A DNA stretch of 55,114 nt from Alphaproteobacteria bacterium (GCA_009783855.1 WRCO01000004.1:1-55114); one strand, 5' to 3'. Shown: positions 30,279 through 40,465, counted from the stretch's first letter. Translations and numbers: made by a program. Notes: generated from the letters alone by a model not told the origin.

Positions 30279-30429
30279 GGTATCATCCCGGGGCTGGCGC
30301 AAGCCAGAGCCCGGGGCCTGGAAAGGGATGGGATATAAAAATCTTCCCAACGATGGGAAGATTTATAATTCCTGGTTCTTTCCAGGTCCCGGACATTTTT
30401 GCGTTCCGCAAAAATTCCGGGATGACACC
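30279..30429. repeat. REP/MITE-like palindromic element, second family
   Basis: Terminal IR GGTATCATCCCGG / CCGGGATGACACC (12/13) with three internal hairpins. Confidence 0.7.
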
Positions 30430-30446
30430 CGCGACGTAAAGCCCGC

Positions 30447-30980
30447 CTATCCCGCGACCGTGCGGCGGCGCGCGGCCGTCGTCTTGGTGCCGGTTGCTTT
30501 TGCAATCGGTGCGGCTTCGCGCTGAACCTTTGCCGCCGCGGCTTTCGGCGTTTTGGCTTTTGCTTCGGCTTTTTCGGCCTTTGTGCCCTCGCCTTTGGCT
30601 TTCGGATTATCCTTCGCGGCCGCATCGCGGTCGACCAATTCGATTATCGCCATGGGCGCGGCGTCGCCGTAACGGAACCCGGCGCGCAGAACGCGCGTGT
30701 ATCCGCCCGGGCGGTCCTTATAACGCGGACCCAAAACCGTGAATATCTTTTTTACCAAAGCCGCGTCCTGTAATTCCGCGGCGACAAGGCGGCGGTTCGC
30801 AACAGTGTCGACCTTTGCGCGCGTGATTAATTTTTCAACGACGCCGCGCAAGTCTTTTGCCTTTGGCAATGTTGTCTTTATCTGTTCGCGTTCAATTAAA
30901 TTTTTCGACAATCCGCGGAACAATGCCTTTCTTGCATTTGTGTCGCGGCCGAATTTTCTGCCTTTGTTCTGATGTCTCAT
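30447..30980 (-). CDS. rplQ: 50S ribosomal protein L17
   Basis: [28 protein letters not shown]; Lys/Ala tail. Confidence 0.97.
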   Translation of the reverse strand: MRHQNKGRKFGRDTNARKALFRGLSKNLIEREQIKTTLPKAKDLRGVVEKLITRAKVDTVANRRLVAAELQDAALVKKIFTVLGPRYKDRPGGYTRVLRAGFRYGDAAPMAIIELVDRDAAAKDNPKAKGEGTKAEKAEAKAKTPKAAAAKVQREAAPIAKATGTKTTAARRRTVAG

Positions 30981-31062
30981 CTCGCGCTCCTTTTGCGTCT
31001 GTTGCCCTCTTGGGATTGATTGAAATTATATCCTGAAAAATTTTCAGAAATATAACTGTAAG

Positions 31063-31166
31063 AAATTAATTTATATGAGGCAGGTGCGCCGGGTTTGCAA
31101 GTCCGGCGTGTATTGAATATACACGAGGACCTGCAAACACAAGCAGATGTCCATAGAAATTAATTT
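31063..31166. repeat. RPE-like palindromic element
   Basis: Terminal IR AAATTAATTTATATG / CATAGAAATTAATTT; core GTTTGCAAGTCC-GGCGTGTATTGAATATACACGA-GGACCTGCAAAC. Confidence 0.65.
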
Positions 31167-32196
31167 ATTTATACGGGTCTTCGTATTTCTTTGCAAGTTC
31201 CGCAATATTTTCCGGCGGCCATCCCGGCACTTCCATACCAAGCCCAAGTCCCATCGCCTCCAATTGCGCCTTGATTTCGTTCAAGGATTTGCGGCCGAAA
31301 TTCGGCGTCTTCAGCATGTCGTTTTCGGTCTTTTGAACAAGTTCACCAAGCCAGTTTATCTTGTCGTTCTTCAAACAATTATTCGCGCGGACGGACAATT
31401 CCAATTCGTCGACATGTTTGAGAAGTTTCGGGTCGAACGGCAATGCTTCTTTTTTCTTTTCATCTTCGACGGGCGCGTGCGCGGCGGCCGGGTCTTCGAA
31501 ATTGATGAACACGGTCATCTGGTCCGTCAAGATGCGCGCGGCGTACGCGATTGCGTCTTCGGGCGTGACGGCGCCGTTTGTCTTTACGGTCAATTCCAAT
31601 TTGTCAAAGTCCATGCTGTGCCCGACGCGGGTTTCGCTTACCGCGGTGGCGACATTCAATATCGGCGAATAGATGGAATCGATTGGAATCGTGCCAAGCG
31701 CGGTATGTTCGCCGCGATTGTCTTTGGCCGGCACGTATCCGCGCCCGATGCCAAGGTTGACTTCCATATCAATCGCCGCACCCTTGTCAAGGTTGCAGAT
31801 TTCGTGGTCTTTGTTCATGACTTCGACGTTTGCGCCGCATTCAATCATCCCGGCGGTGACGACGGCGGGGCCTTTGACCTTCAGATGCGCTTTGTGCGGG
31901 CCTTCGGTTTCGGCTTTGAAATACACGCCTTTTAAGTTAAGGACGATGTCGGTAACATCTTCGCGGACGCCTTGTATGGATGAAAATTCGTGCTGAACCC
32001 CGTCGATTTTGATGGACGTCGGCGCGCATCCCTGCAACGAAGAAAGCAAAACGCGGCGCAATGCGGTGCCAAGCGTAAGGCCGAAACCCTTTTCCAAAGG
32101 CTCTGCGACCAATACGGCGACGTTGGGGTTGTGTTCGTCTATCCTGATATGCAGTTTCTTTGGCTTAATCAGGGTCATCCAGTTTTTTTCAATCAT
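31165..32196 (-). CDS. rpoA: RNA polymerase alpha subunit
   Basis: [44 protein letters not shown]. Confidence 0.98.
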   Translation of the reverse strand: MIEKNWMTLIKPKKLHIRIDEHNPNVAVLVAEPLEKGFGLTLGTALRRVLLSSLQGCAPTSIKIDGVQHEFSSIQGVREDVTDIVLNLKGVYFKAETEGPHKAHLKVKGPAVVTAGMIECGANVEVMNKDHEICNLDKGAAIDMEVNLGIGRGYVPAKDNRGEHTALGTIPIDSIYSPILNVATAVSETRVGHSMDFDKLELTVKTNGAVTPEDAIAYAARILTDQMTVFINFEDPAAAHAPVEDEKKKEALPFDPKLLKHVDELELSVRANNCLKNDKINWLGELVQKTENDMLKTPNFGRKSLNEIKAQLEAMGLGLGMEVPGWPPENIAELAKKYEDPYK

Positions 32197-32233
32197 AACA
32201 TTCCTCTTGGCTTAGTTTATTATTTTCACCAAA

Positions 32234-32320
32234 TGGTGGTTAGTGCTGGTGGCTCGTAGTTTGTATTTTGGAACAATACTGTCCACAAACTCATACTTCA
32301 AGCCGCCAGCACCAGCCACC
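32234..32320. repeat. Family A heptamer stem-loop (rpsK/rpoA)
   Basis: TGGTGGTTAGTGCTGGTGGCTCG...CAAGCCGCCAGCACCAGCCACC. Confidence 0.85.
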
Positions 32321-32703
32321 TATACTCTTCTCACTTTCTTCGGCCGGCATCCGTTGTGCGGTATGCGGGTTGTGTCGGTAATCGCTTGGACTATCAATCC
32401 GGAATTGGACAATCCGCGCACGGCGGATTCGCGGCCCGCGCCGATTCCGCGCATCAAGACGTCGACGGTCTTCATTCCGTGTTCGGCGGCTTTTTTCGCG
32501 ACGGATTCCGCAACGATTGTCGCGGCGTACGGCGTGGATTTTTTCGCGCCTTTGAAATTATTCGCACCCGACGTGGCCCAGCAAATCACGGCGCCCGACG
32601 CATCCGTAATCGTGATGCGGGTGTTGTTCATGGTCGCGACGACATGCGCGACTCCATGCGAAATCTTCTTTGTGATTTTTTTCTTTGTGTTCTTTATTGC
32701 CAT
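32320..32703 (-). CDS. rpsK: 30S ribosomal protein S11
   Basis: NNTRITITD, KKSTPYAA, PHNGCRP. Confidence 0.97.
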   Translation of the reverse strand: MAIKNTKKKITKKISHGVAHVVATMNNTRITITDASGAVICWATSGANNFKGAKKSTPYAATIVAESVAKKAAEHGMKTVDVLMRGIGAGRESAVRGLSNSGLIVQAITDTTRIPHNGCRPKKVRRV

Positions 32704-32708
32704 ATTTT

Positions 32709-32797
32709 GCTCACTTTGTTCGCAGGCACTAGGCACCGGGCACTAGGCACTGGCTTTGCTTTTACGACACTAGTGCCTAACGCCCAGTGCCTGGTCA
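32709..32797. repeat. Family B heptamer (GCACTRG) stem-loop + tandem-GA mini-hairpin (rpsM/rpsK)
   Basis: GCTCACTTTGTTCGC then GGCACTAGGCACCGGGCACTAGGCACTGG...CTAGTGCCTAACGCCCAGTGCC. Confidence 0.9.
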
Positions 32798-33175
32798 CTA
32801 TTTACCCTTTGTCGCCGATCCTGCAACCACCACGCGTTTTCCTTTGCGCGTGCGGGCGTTTGTCTGTGTCCGCTGGCCGCGCACCGGCAAACGGTTGCGA
32901 TGACGGATTCCGCGATACGCTTTCATGTCTTGCAGACGTTTGATATTCATCTGAACTTCGCGGCGGACATCGCCTTCGACTTTGAAGTTTTCTTCGATAT
33001 AATTGGAAATGTTTATAATATCCGTGTCGGAAAGGTCTTTCGTGCGCAAAGAGTCTTTAAGCTTTAACGCCGTGCAAATCTGTTTCGCGCGCATCGGTCC
33101 GATGCCGTGAATATATTGCAACGCGATTTCAACGCGTTTTTCCATTGGGATGTTAACACCTGCGATACGTGCCAT
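32798..33175 (-). CDS. rpsM: 30S ribosomal protein S13
   Basis: [33 protein letters not shown]. Confidence 0.98.
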   Translation of the reverse strand: MARIAGVNIPMEKRVEIALQYIHGIGPMRAKQICTALKLKDSLRTKDLSDTDIINISNYIEENFKVEGDVRREVQMNIKRLQDMKAYRGIRHRNRLPVRGQRTQTNARTRKGKRVVVAGSATKGK

Positions 33176-33277
33176 TTGTATGTGTCCTTTGTTTCATAGG
33201 GTTTGCGCGACAATGCGTCAAACCGTCAGATTGAAGCTTTTTTAATCGCTTCGCGATTTTTTATTTTTTGCCGCAGT

Positions 33278-33305
33278 ATTTTATAATACTTTTGGCAAAA
33301 GTCAA
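33278..33305 (-). promoter_or_regulatory. Promoter of rpsM-rpsK-rpoA-rplQ
   Basis: TTGACT-16-TAAAAT on the minus strand. Confidence 0.55.
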
Positions 33306-33309
33306 TTAT

Positions 33310-34626
33310 TTACACCCTGAACCGACTTTTTTTATTCGCCTTTTTTATGACGCTTGCATATTGCTTTGCGACCAAATACGACTGAATCTGGTTTGCGGTG
33401 TCCATGGTGACGCCCGCGACGATAAGCACCGCCGTTCCGCCGACTACAATCGGCACGCCGAAATGAGTGTTAAGCAGAATCGGAAACACGCAAACGACGA
33501 TAAGATATATGACGCCGATGGCCGTTGTGCGCGATACTATGTCGTCAAGGAATTTCATAGTCTGTTCGCCCGGACGCACGCCCGGAATATATCCGCCCGC
33601 ATTTTTCAAATTGTTGGACGTGTCTTCGGAATTAAACACGACCGCGGTTTGAAAGAACGCAAAAAACGCGATAAGGAATGTGAACATTAACATATACGAT
33701 ATGGTGCCGTATGTGAACAGAGCCTGGACCCTTTGCGCCCAAAGCGCGTCCGTCGGCAAAAAGCGCAGCAAAAACGCCGGAAGCATCATGATGGCCGACG
33801 CGAACACCGGCCCCATAACGCCGGATATGTTGATTTTAAGCGGCAAGTACGAAGAATTGACGTTCGGCGCGCCGCCCGCCATCGCTTGACGCGGATACAT
33901 GATTTGGATGCGTCTTTGCGCCTGTTCCATAAATGCGATAAGCGCGACAATGCCGACGACAAACACTACAATCAATGCAATCATCGCCGGGGAAATCTGA
34001 CCTACGGCGCCAAGCGAGAACACGCGCGCGATGCCGGCCGGCACTTCGGCGATAATACCCGCCATGATAAGAAGCGACGCGCCCTGACCTACGCCGCGCG
34101 CGGTGATTTGTTCGGCAAGCCACATGACGAAAGTCGTGCCGCCGACCAATGCCACGACCGTCGAAATATCAAACCATATTCCGGGATTCACAACCGCCAA
34201 TTGGCCGGCGACCGGCGGCATGGCGGAAAGCCCCTTTGCCACCGCGTATCCTTGGACGACGCAAAGCGCGACCGCAAGATATCGCGTGTATTGATTGATT
34301 TTGATTCGGCCGGATTCGCCCTCTTTCCGCAATTCGGAAAGCGATTTCGATGTGGCCGTCAAAAGCTGTATAACAATGGATGCGGATATGTACGGGAAAA
34401 TATTAAGCGCCAAAACAGACATACGCGAAAGCGACCCGCCGGAAAACGCGTCAAACATGCCAAGCATGCCGGCGTTGCCTTCGAACAGATGCACGACGGC
34501 GGACGCGTTCACCCCCGGAAGCGGGATGAAAGAGCCCACGCGGTAAATGATAAGCGCCACAAGCGTGAACATTATCCGCTTTTGCAAATCGGACATTTTG
34601 GAAAATGTTTCGGCAAATATTTTCAT
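33310..34626 (-). CDS. secY: Preprotein translocase SecY
   Basis: FIPLPG, PYISASIVIQLL, GGYIPGVRPG. Confidence 0.97.
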   Translation of the reverse strand: MKIFAETFSKMSDLQKRIMFTLVALIIYRVGSFIPLPGVNASAVVHLFEGNAGMLGMFDAFSGGSLSRMSVLALNIFPYISASIVIQLLTATSKSLSELRKEGESGRIKINQYTRYLAVALCVVQGYAVAKGLSAMPPVAGQLAVVNPGIWFDISTVVALVGGTTFVMWLAEQITARGVGQGASLLIMAGIIAEVPAGIARVFSLGAVGQISPAMIALIVVFVVGIVALIAFMEQAQRRIQIMYPRQAMAGGAPNVNSSYLPLKINISGVMGPVFASAIMMLPAFLLRFLPTDALWAQRVQALFTYGTISYMLMFTFLIAFFAFFQTAVVFNSEDTSNNLKNAGGYIPGVRPGEQTMKFLDDIVSRTTAIGVIYLIVVCVFPILLNTHFGVPIVVGGTAVLIVAGVTMDTANQIQSYLVAKQYASVIKKANKKSRFRV

Positions 34627-34627
34627 T

Positions 34628-35086
34628 TTATTTACTTTTTATTGTTCCGCCGGCTTTCGTTACGGCCGCTTCGGCCGCTTTTGACCATTTGGTCGCAACG
34701 ATATTTACAGCGGTTTTGATTTCGCCTTTGGAAAGGATTTTCAACCCGTCGAATTTACGGTTCAGAATTTTATCGGCAAACAAAGATTCCATCGAGATTT
34801 CTTTTTTCGCATCGATTCTTTCCGCGTCGACGAATTTTTGGATTTCGCCCAAATTAATGGTCGCATATTTTTTTGCAAAAATATTTCTGAATCCGATTTT
34901 GGGCAGCCGGCGATAGAAAGGCGTCTGCCCGCCTTCGAACGTCGCCTGTTGTTTCGCGCCGCTGCGCGCTTTTTGGCCTTTGTGTCCGCGGCCGGCGGTT
35001 TTGCCGTATCCGCTTGCCATGCCGCGACCGACGCGCTTTATTTTTTTGCGCGCGCCGAAATTATCCATAAGTGCATTCAGTTTCAT
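34628..35086 (-). CDS. rplO: 50S ribosomal protein L15
   Basis: RVGRG, GRGHKGQKARSG, FEGGQTP. Confidence 0.97.
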   Translation of the reverse strand: MKLNALMDNFGARKKIKRVGRGMASGYGKTAGRGHKGQKARSGAKQQATFEGGQTPFYRRLPKIGFRNIFAKKYATINLGEIQKFVDAERIDAKKEISMESLFADKILNRKFDGLKILSKGEIKTAVNIVATKWSKAAEAAVTKAGGTIKSK

Positions 35087-35091
35087 GTTTT

Positions 35092-35176
35092 ACTCACTTC
35101 GTTCGTCGTGGCTGGTGGCTTGTGCCGGTGATTCGTGGCTATCCAACCAGCCACCAGCACCAGCCACCAATCACTA
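35092..35176. repeat. Family A stem-loop + mini-hairpin (rpmD/rplO)
   Basis: ACTCACTTCGTTCGT + GTGGCTGGTGGCTTGTGCCGGTGATTCGTGG...CCAGCCACCAGCACCAGCCACCAATCAC. Confidence 0.9.
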
Positions 35177-35177
35177 A

Positions 35178-35354
35178 TTAATCTTCCACCACTATCAAGT
35201 GTTTCACCTTTGCAATCATTCCGCGAACTTCCGGGCAATCGGTAAGTTCTTTCTTTTTTCCGATGCGGCCAAGACCAAGCGCTTTCAGAATTCTTACCTG
35301 CGTTTCCGGCCTTGCGATTGTGCTTTTAACCTGTCTTACTGTTACTTTTGCCAT
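35178..35354 (-). CDS. rpmD: 50S ribosomal protein L30
   Basis: Not in ORF track; translated by hand MAKVTVRQVKSTIARPETQVRILKALGLGRIGKKKELTDCPEVRGMIAKVKHLIVVED. Confidence 0.93.
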   Translation of the reverse strand: MAKVTVRQVKSTIARPETQVRILKALGLGRIGKKKELTDCPEVRGMIAKVKHLIVVED

Positions 35355-35358
35355 GTCT

Positions 35359-35916
35359 TTACTCCGCTTTTTCTGTCACTTTATCTTTTCCGTCGCGACC
35401 GGCGATGATTTCCGCCACCGGTTTGCCGCGGCGCAATGCCACCGATTTCGGCGAATTCATTTTGCTGAACGCAAGGAACGCCGCGCGCACCATATTGTGC
35501 GGGTTGTTCGAACCTTGGGATTTGGCGACGACATCCTGTACGCCAAGGCATTCGAACACCGCGCGAAGCGCGCCGCCCGCAATGATTCCGGTTCCGGCGG
35601 ACGCGCTGCGAATAACAACTTTGCCCGCGCCGTATTTGGCGTCGACATCGTGGTGCAGAGTGCGTCCTTCTTTAAGCGGTACGCGAACCATTTTCGCCTT
35701 TGCCGCCTTGGTCGCTTTTTGCACGGCCGACGAAACTTCCAATGCTTTGCCTTTGCCGAACCCTATGCGGCCCGCTTTGTCGCCGACGACGACCAATGCA
35801 GAGAACGACATGTTGCGTCCGCCCTTGACGGTTTTCGACACGCGGTTTATCGACACAAGCTTGTCGATTATTCCGGCATCCGCGTTTTGCAATTTTTTAT
35901 CTTCAAATCTTGCCAT
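35359..35916 (-). CDS. rpsE: 30S ribosomal protein S5
   Basis: [20 protein letters not shown]; start MARFED. Confidence 0.97.
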   Translation of the reverse strand: MARFEDKKLQNADAGIIDKLVSINRVSKTVKGGRNMSFSALVVVGDKAGRIGFGKGKALEVSSAVQKATKAAKAKMVRVPLKEGRTLHHDVDAKYGAGKVVIRSASAGTGIIAGGALRAVFECLGVQDVVAKSQGSNNPHNMVRAAFLAFSKMNSPKSVALRRGKPVAEIIAGRDGKDKVTEKAE

Positions 35917-35921
35917 TGTTT

Positions 35922-36013
35922 GCTCACTTTGTTCGTCGTGACTGGTGGCTCGTGCTGGTGGTTCGTGGCTATCTAACCAGCCGCCAACCACCAGCACCAG
36001 CCACCAACACGAA
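35922..36013. repeat. Family A stem-loop + mini-hairpin (rplR/rpsE)
   Basis: GCTCACTTTGTTCGT + GTGACTGGTGGCTCGTGCTGGTGGTTCGTGG...CCAGCACCAGCCACCAACACGA. Confidence 0.9.
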
Positions 36014-36367
36014 TTAAAATTTCAACCCGCCGGCGCGTATCGCTTCGGCAAGCGCTTTTACGCGGCCATGATATCTGTATCCGCCGCGGTCGAAATATAC
36101 GTCGTCAAGCTTTGCGGTCTTCGCGCGGTCCGCGAAATTTTTTCCGACGGCGGCGGCGCCCGCGATGTTGTGTCCTTTGCCCTTAAAGCCTTTTTCTTTT
36201 GACGACGCGGCGCAAAGCGTGCATCCCTTCGCATCATTGATGGCCTGGATTTCGATATGCGTGTTCGAACGGAAAACGCACAGGCGAACCTTGCTCGGAT
36301 TTTTGCGTTTTAACTCGCCGCGGTTCGACAAAAGCCTTCTTTGCTCTGTTGTTAAATGTTTTGACAT
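36014..36367 (-). CDS. rplR: 50S ribosomal protein L18
   Basis: [24 protein letters not shown]. Confidence 0.97.
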   Translation of the reverse strand: MSKHLTTEQRRLLSNRGELKRKNPSKVRLCVFRSNTHIEIQAINDAKGCTLCAASSKEKGFKGKGHNIAGAAAVGKNFADRAKTAKLDDVYFDRGGYRYHGRVKALAEAIRAGGLKF

Positions 36368-36376
36368 GTTTTTACC

Positions 36377-36446
36377 TCGTGCTGGTGGCTCGTGCTGGTG
36401 GTTCGTGGCTATCTAACCAGCCGCCAACCACCAGCACCAATCACTA
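36377..36446. repeat. Family A stem-loop (rplF/rplR)
   Basis: TCGTGCTGGTGGCTCGTGCTGGTGGTTCGTGGCTATCTAACCAGCCGCCAACCACCAGCACC, nearly identical to part of 35922-36013. Confidence 0.9.
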
Positions 36447-36447
36447 A

Positions 36448-37008
36448 TTATTTCTTCTTGCCTTCTTTTCGATGTATTTTTTCACCCTTATAGAATATGC
36501 CTTTGCCCTTGTATGGTTCGGGCTTTCTTACTTTTCTGATTTTATCCGCGAATTGTCCGACCATGTTTTTGTCGATACCGGATACGACAAGCGGAACGAT
36601 TCCGCTTTCGACCGGCTTTACTTCGACGGCAAGGCCTTCTGGAATCGGCATTACGACATCGTGGGAGAATCCGGCGACAAGAACCAAATCGTTGCCCTTT
36701 ACGGACGCGCGGAATCCGACGCCCTTCATGCCCAATTCTTTGGAAAATCCGACCGTCACACCTTCGATTACCTGTTTGATGTTGCGGGCCATCGTTCCCC
36801 ACATGGTGCGGGATTCTTTGTCATCCGCGTCTTTCGGCGTGATTGAGATTTGTTTTTCTTCGACTTTTACATCGACCAGTCCTGCGTTTTTCGTGTCCAG
36901 ACGCACCGACAAGGTTCCTTTTGGTCCCTTTACGACAATCGCGTCGGCGTTCATCGAAACGCTTACGCCGTCTTTTATTTCAACTGGATATTTGCCTGCT
37001 CTTGACAT
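36448..37008 (-). CDS. rplF: 50S ribosomal protein L6
   Basis: VKGPKG, GFSHDV, RKPEPYKGKGI. Confidence 0.97.
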   Translation of the reverse strand: MSRAGKYPVEIKDGVSVSMNADAIVVKGPKGTLSVRLDTKNAGLVDVKVEEKQISITPKDADDKESRTMWGTMARNIKQVIEGVTVGFSKELGMKGVGFRASVKGNDLVLVAGFSHDVVMPIPEGLAVEVKPVESGIVPLVVSGIDKNMVGQFADKIRKVRKPEPYKGKGIFYKGEKIHRKEGKKK

Positions 37009-37013
37009 GTTTT

Positions 37014-37096
37014 ACTCACTTCGTTCGTTAGTGGCTGGTGACTCGTGCCGGTGGCTTGTGGCTATCTACCAGCCACCAGCACCAGCCACCAGCACA
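37014..37096. repeat. Family A stem-loop + mini-hairpin (rpsH/rplF)
   Basis: ACTCACTTCGTTCGT + heptamer arms. Confidence 0.9.
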
Positions 37097-37098
37097 AA

Positions 37099-37497
37099 TT
37101 ACACCACCTTGCACAAAACCTCGCCGCCCACGTTTGCGGTTCGCGCTTTGTGGTCGGTCATGACGCCCATCGGCGTCGATACGATTGAAATGCCAAGCCC
37201 GTTAAGCACGCGCGGCATTTTTACGGCGCCGGAATACATGCGGCGGCCCGGTTTGGATACGACGGAAATTTCTTGAATCGCGCCGGCGCCGCCGACGTAT
37301 TTCAAGTCGACGATTATATCGAAACGATTTTTACCGATTTCTTCACGGCGGAAATCCGCGATGTACCCTTCGTCTTTAAGGACGGAGAGAACGGATTCGC
37401 GCAATTTGCTTGCCGGCATGCGGACGTTTTCCTTGCCCGCCTTTTGGCCGTTGCGAATTCTGGTAAGCATGTCTCCAATAGGATGCGTTAATGCCAT
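37099..37497 (-). CDS. rpsH: 30S ribosomal protein S8
   Basis: DMLTRIRNG, SKPGRRMY, GGEVLC. Confidence 0.97.
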   Translation of the reverse strand: MALTHPIGDMLTRIRNGQKAGKENVRMPASKLRESVLSVLKDEGYIADFRREEIGKNRFDIIVDLKYVGGAGAIQEISVVSKPGRRMYSGAVKMPRVLNGLGISIVSTPMGVMTDHKARTANVGGEVLCKVV

Positions 37498-37518
37498 AAT
37501 TTTTACCTCTTTATAATT

Positions 37519-37821
37519 TTACCAAGACGATTTGCGGACACCCGGCAATTCGCCGCGTGACGCCAGCGTGCGGACCTGTTGGCGGCACAATCCGAACAAG
37601 CGGAAGAATGCGCGCGCGCGGCCGGTGATGGCGCAACGGTTGTGAAGGCGCGTTCTGTTCGCATTGCGCGGAAGTTTCGCAAGTTTTTTCATCGCTTCGA
37701 TGCGTTCTTCCGGCGTTGCGGTAACGGACATCTTCGCCTTTATCGCGTCATGCTTTTTCGCATATTTCGCGACAAGTTTTTTGCGTCTTTCCTGTTTGTT
37801 TATAAGTGCCAATTTTGCCAT
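37519..37821 (-). CDS. rpsN: 30S ribosomal protein S14
   Basis: LPRNA, RCAITGR, GELPGVRKSSW. Confidence 0.97.
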   Translation of the reverse strand: MAKLALINKQERRKKLVAKYAKKHDAIKAKMSVTATPEERIEAMKKLAKLPRNANRTRLHNRCAITGRARAFFRLFGLCRQQVRTLASRGELPGVRKSSW

Positions 37822-37833
37822 GTTCAGTATCCT

Positions 37834-38379
37834 TTATTTCAGTACCAGCGGCAGGCCAAGCTGTGTTAACAAAGCGCGTGCTTCGTCGTCTGTTTTCGCG
37901 GTCGTCGCGATTACGATGTCCATGCCGCGGATGGATTCGATTTTGTCGACGGAAATTTCCGGGAATATAAGATGCTCTTTAATTCCGAACGCGTAATTTC
38001 CATTGCCGTCGAATTTGGATTTGGAAAGCCCGTGAAAGTCCTTGATACGCGGCAGCGCGATAACGATAAGCCTGTCCAAGAAATCATACATGCGTTTTCC
38101 GCGAAGCGTCACCATGCATCCGATTGCCTGTCCTTCGCGAAGGCGGTATGTTGCGATGGATTTCTTCGCCTTGGTCACGACCGGTTTTTGCGCGGCGATG
38201 GCGGTCATGTCCAAGACGGCCGCTTCAAGTTTTTTCTTATCAGCGGTGGCATTGCCCACGCCCATGTTAAGGACGATTTTGGAAAGCTTCGGCACCTGCA
38301 TGCCGCTTGCGTATCCGAATTCTTTTTTCAATTCAGGCACGACTTTCTTTTCATAAATTTCGCGCAATCTGCTTTTCAT
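37834..38379 (-). CDS. rplE: 50S ribosomal protein L5
   Basis: [25 protein letters not shown]. Confidence 0.97.
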   Translation of the reverse strand: MKSRLREIYEKKVVPELKKEFGYASGMQVPKLSKIVLNMGVGNATADKKKLEAAVLDMTAIAAQKPVVTKAKKSIATYRLREGQAIGCMVTLRGKRMYDFLDRLIVIALPRIKDFHGLSKSKFDGNGNYAFGIKEHLIFPEISVDKIESIRGMDIVIATTAKTDDEARALLTQLGLPLVLK

Positions 38380-38422
38380 TTCTTTTCCTTTTTATAGAGC
38401 CCGTTGTTGTTTGTCTTCCGTC

Positions 38423-38752
38423 TCATTTTTCTTTGCGGCGTTGCAATACATCTATGTATGCCCTTCCGTAATCTTTCATTTTAAGGAAGAGTGAGCCGTC
38501 TACCACACAGTCCGCATAGTTGTGTCCATCGGTCAACATTACTCTATCCCCTGGTTTCACAATCACAGTTTCTTTTGGATTAAGCAACTGTATCCCGCGC
38601 GAGTCTATGCCGTTATACTTGCCCATAGTCAACATGATGTTCCCCAGGCTCTTTACCATTATGGTTTTTGGTTCGCCAGGTTTTTCATCCGCCGCCATTT
38701 TAATCACATCAGACTTTGCTTTTTCAAAATCATATACTGCCATCTGTTTCAC
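38423..38752 (-). CDS. Hypothetical protein inserted between rplX and rplE
   Basis: 109-aa co-oriented ORF filling the gap; no recognisable motif. Confidence 0.6.
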   Translation of the reverse strand: MKQMAVYDFEKAKSDVIKMAADEKPGEPKTIMVKSLGNIMLTMGKYNGIDSRGIQLLNPKETVIVKPGDRVMLTDGHNYADCVVDGSLFLKMKDYGRAYIDVLQRRKEK

Positions 38753-38764
38753 CTTTTCGATTTT

Positions 38765-39076
38765 TTATACTTCCGTTCCGCTTTTTTTCGCGATGCGGAT
38801 TTTACGATTGCCGTCAAGTTTGTACCCGACGCGCGTCGCTTTTTTTGTCTGCGGGTCGACAAGCGCGACATTGGACACATGTATCGGAGCCTCGACTTCC
38901 TTTATATGGCCCGGCTTGTCCTGGGTCGGCTTTACATGGCGCTTTGTGCGGCCCACGCCCGCAACCACGATGCGGGATTCGGCCGGGCGCGATTCAAGTA
39001 CTTTGCCCTTGACGCCTTTGTATTTGCCTGTGATGACTATGACTTCGTCGCCTTTTTTGATTTTCATCTTTTTCAC
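38765..39076 (-). CDS. rplX: 50S ribosomal protein L24
   Basis: IKKGDEVIVITGK, EAPIHVSNV. Confidence 0.97.
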   Translation of the reverse strand: MKKMKIKKGDEVIVITGKYKGVKGKVLESRPAESRIVVAGVGRTKRHVKPTQDKPGHIKEVEAPIHVSNVALVDPQTKKATRVGYKLDGNRKIRIAKKSGTEV

Positions 39077-39079
39077 CTC

Positions 39080-39454
39080 TTACAATACTTCCGGCGCCAG
39101 CGATACGATTTTCTGAACATCGTATTTGCGGCGGACTTCGCGCGCGACCGGGCCGAAGATACGGGTTCCAATCGGTTCGAAATTATTTTTATTGATAAGC
39201 ACGACGGCGTTGTCGTCAAACCGTATGATGGAGCCGTCGGCACGTTTCACCGGATACGAAGTGCGCACGATGATGGCGCGCTGTACCGTTCCTTTTTGCA
39301 CCTTGCCGCGCGGAATCGCATCTTTGATGGACACGACGATTTTATCGCCGACGCTTGCATAGCGCCTGTGCGACCCGCCAAGGACTTTGATGCACATACA
39401 GCTTTTTGCACCGGAATTGTCCGCGACTTTTAATCTTGTTTCGACTTGTATCAT
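39080..39454 (-). CDS. rplN: 50S ribosomal protein L14
   Basis: [30 protein letters not shown]. Confidence 0.98.
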   Translation of the reverse strand: MIQVETRLKVADNSGAKSCMCIKVLGGSHRRYASVGDKIVVSIKDAIPRGKVQKGTVQRAIIVRTSYPVKRADGSIIRFDDNAVVLINKNNFEPIGTRIFGPVAREVRRKYDVQKIVSLAPEVL

Positions 39455-39465
39455 TTTATCCTCGC

Positions 39466-39729
39466 TTATGCCTCGACGTTTGTATCTTTCGCAACACCTA
39501 CGCGTCCCTTGACGACCCAGGCCTTTGTCTTGGAAATCGGACGGTGTTCGATTATTTCGACAATTTCGCCAACTTTGTATTCGTTGTTTTCATCGTGCGC
39601 TTTATATTTTTTATTCTGCTTCACGAATTTTCCATACAGCGGATGGCGGATTTTGCGCACCACTTCGACAACGACGGTTTTGTCGTTTTTCGTGCTGACT
39701 ACGTTTCCTTGCAGTATTCTTCTTGGCAT
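39466..39729 (-). CDS. rpsQ: 30S ribosomal protein S17
   Basis: HPLYGK, AHDE, RPISKTK. Confidence 0.97.
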   Translation of the reverse strand: MPRRILQGNVVSTKNDKTVVVEVVRKIRHPLYGKFVKQNKKYKAHDENNEYKVGEIVEIIEHRPISKTKAWVVKGRVGVAKDTNVEA

Positions 39730-39739
39730 AACTTTGTCC

Positions 39740-39961
39740 TTATTTGTTTCCGGCGCCCAATGCCGTTTTTACGCGCGCGATTTCGCGGCGGTTTTTGCGA
39801 ATTTCGTGCGTCTTCGGCAATTGGCCGGCCGCATGTTGGAACCGCAGGTTCATCGCATCTTTTTTAAGGCCGATAAGCTTTGACTGCAGCGCTTCGGTAT
39901 TCAGCGCGGCATTTTCAGCCTTTGCGGTTTTGGTTGTCTTTGTTGTCTTTTTTTCTGCCAT
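39740..39961 (-). CDS. rpmC: 50S ribosomal protein L29
   Basis: NLRFQ...GQL...RREIARVKT. Confidence 0.95.
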   Translation of the reverse strand: MAEKKTTKTTKTAKAENAALNTEALQSKLIGLKKDAMNLRFQHAAGQLPKTHEIRKNRREIARVKTALGAGNK

Positions 39962-39966
39962 TTCTT

Positions 39967-40050
39967 GCTCGCTTCGTTCGTGGCACTAGGCACTGGGCAC
40001 TAGGCACTATTTTTTATCCTACACTAGTGCCTAACGCCTAGTGCCTAGTC
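39967..40050. repeat. Family B stem-loop + mini-hairpin (rplP/rpmC)
   Basis: GCTCGCTTCGTTCGT + GGCACTAGGCACTGGGCACTAGGCACT...CTAGTGCCTAACGCCTAGTGCCTAGT. Confidence 0.9.
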
Positions 40051-40051
40051 C

Positions 40052-40465
40052 CTAATTCGCTTTCCGTTCAACGACCTTTGTGCGCACCGGTAATTTAGCG
40101 GACGCAAGCCGCATACATTCGTGCGCCATTTCCGGCTTTACGCCGTCAAGTTCAAACATGATGCGGCCCGGCTTTACGCGCGCGACCCAGCGGTCGACGG
40201 CGCCTTTACCTTTACCCATGCGGACTTCGGCCGGTTTTTTGGTGACGGGCACGTCCGGGAATATGCGTATCCACAATTTTCCCATACGCTTCATGTGGCG
40301 GGTGATTGCGCGGCGCGCGGCTTCTATCTGGCGCGCGGTGACGCGTTCCGGCGACATTGCTTTCAACCCAAAGGACCCGAATGAAAGTTCAGAGCCGCCC
40401 TTTGCATTTCCATGAATGCGTCCTTTGAACTGTTTTTTGAACCTTGTCTTTTTCGGCATTAACAT
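40052..40465 (-). CDS. rplP: 50S ribosomal protein L16
   Basis: [20 protein letters not shown]. Confidence 0.98.
   Translation of the reverse strand: MLMPKKTRFKKQFKGRIHGNAKGGSELSFGSFGLKAMSPERVTARQIEAARRAITRHMKRMGKLWIRIFPDVPVTKKPAEVRMGKGKGAVDRWVARVKPGRIMFELDGVKPEMAHECMRLASAKLPVRTKVVERKAN

Noticed and set aside
35917..35997. N-terminal extensions of RpsE, RpsK and RplD in the ORF track
   Set aside because: They are upstream read-through across repeat elements; conserved starts at 35916, 32703 and 44154 sit 5 nt after the mini-hairpin.
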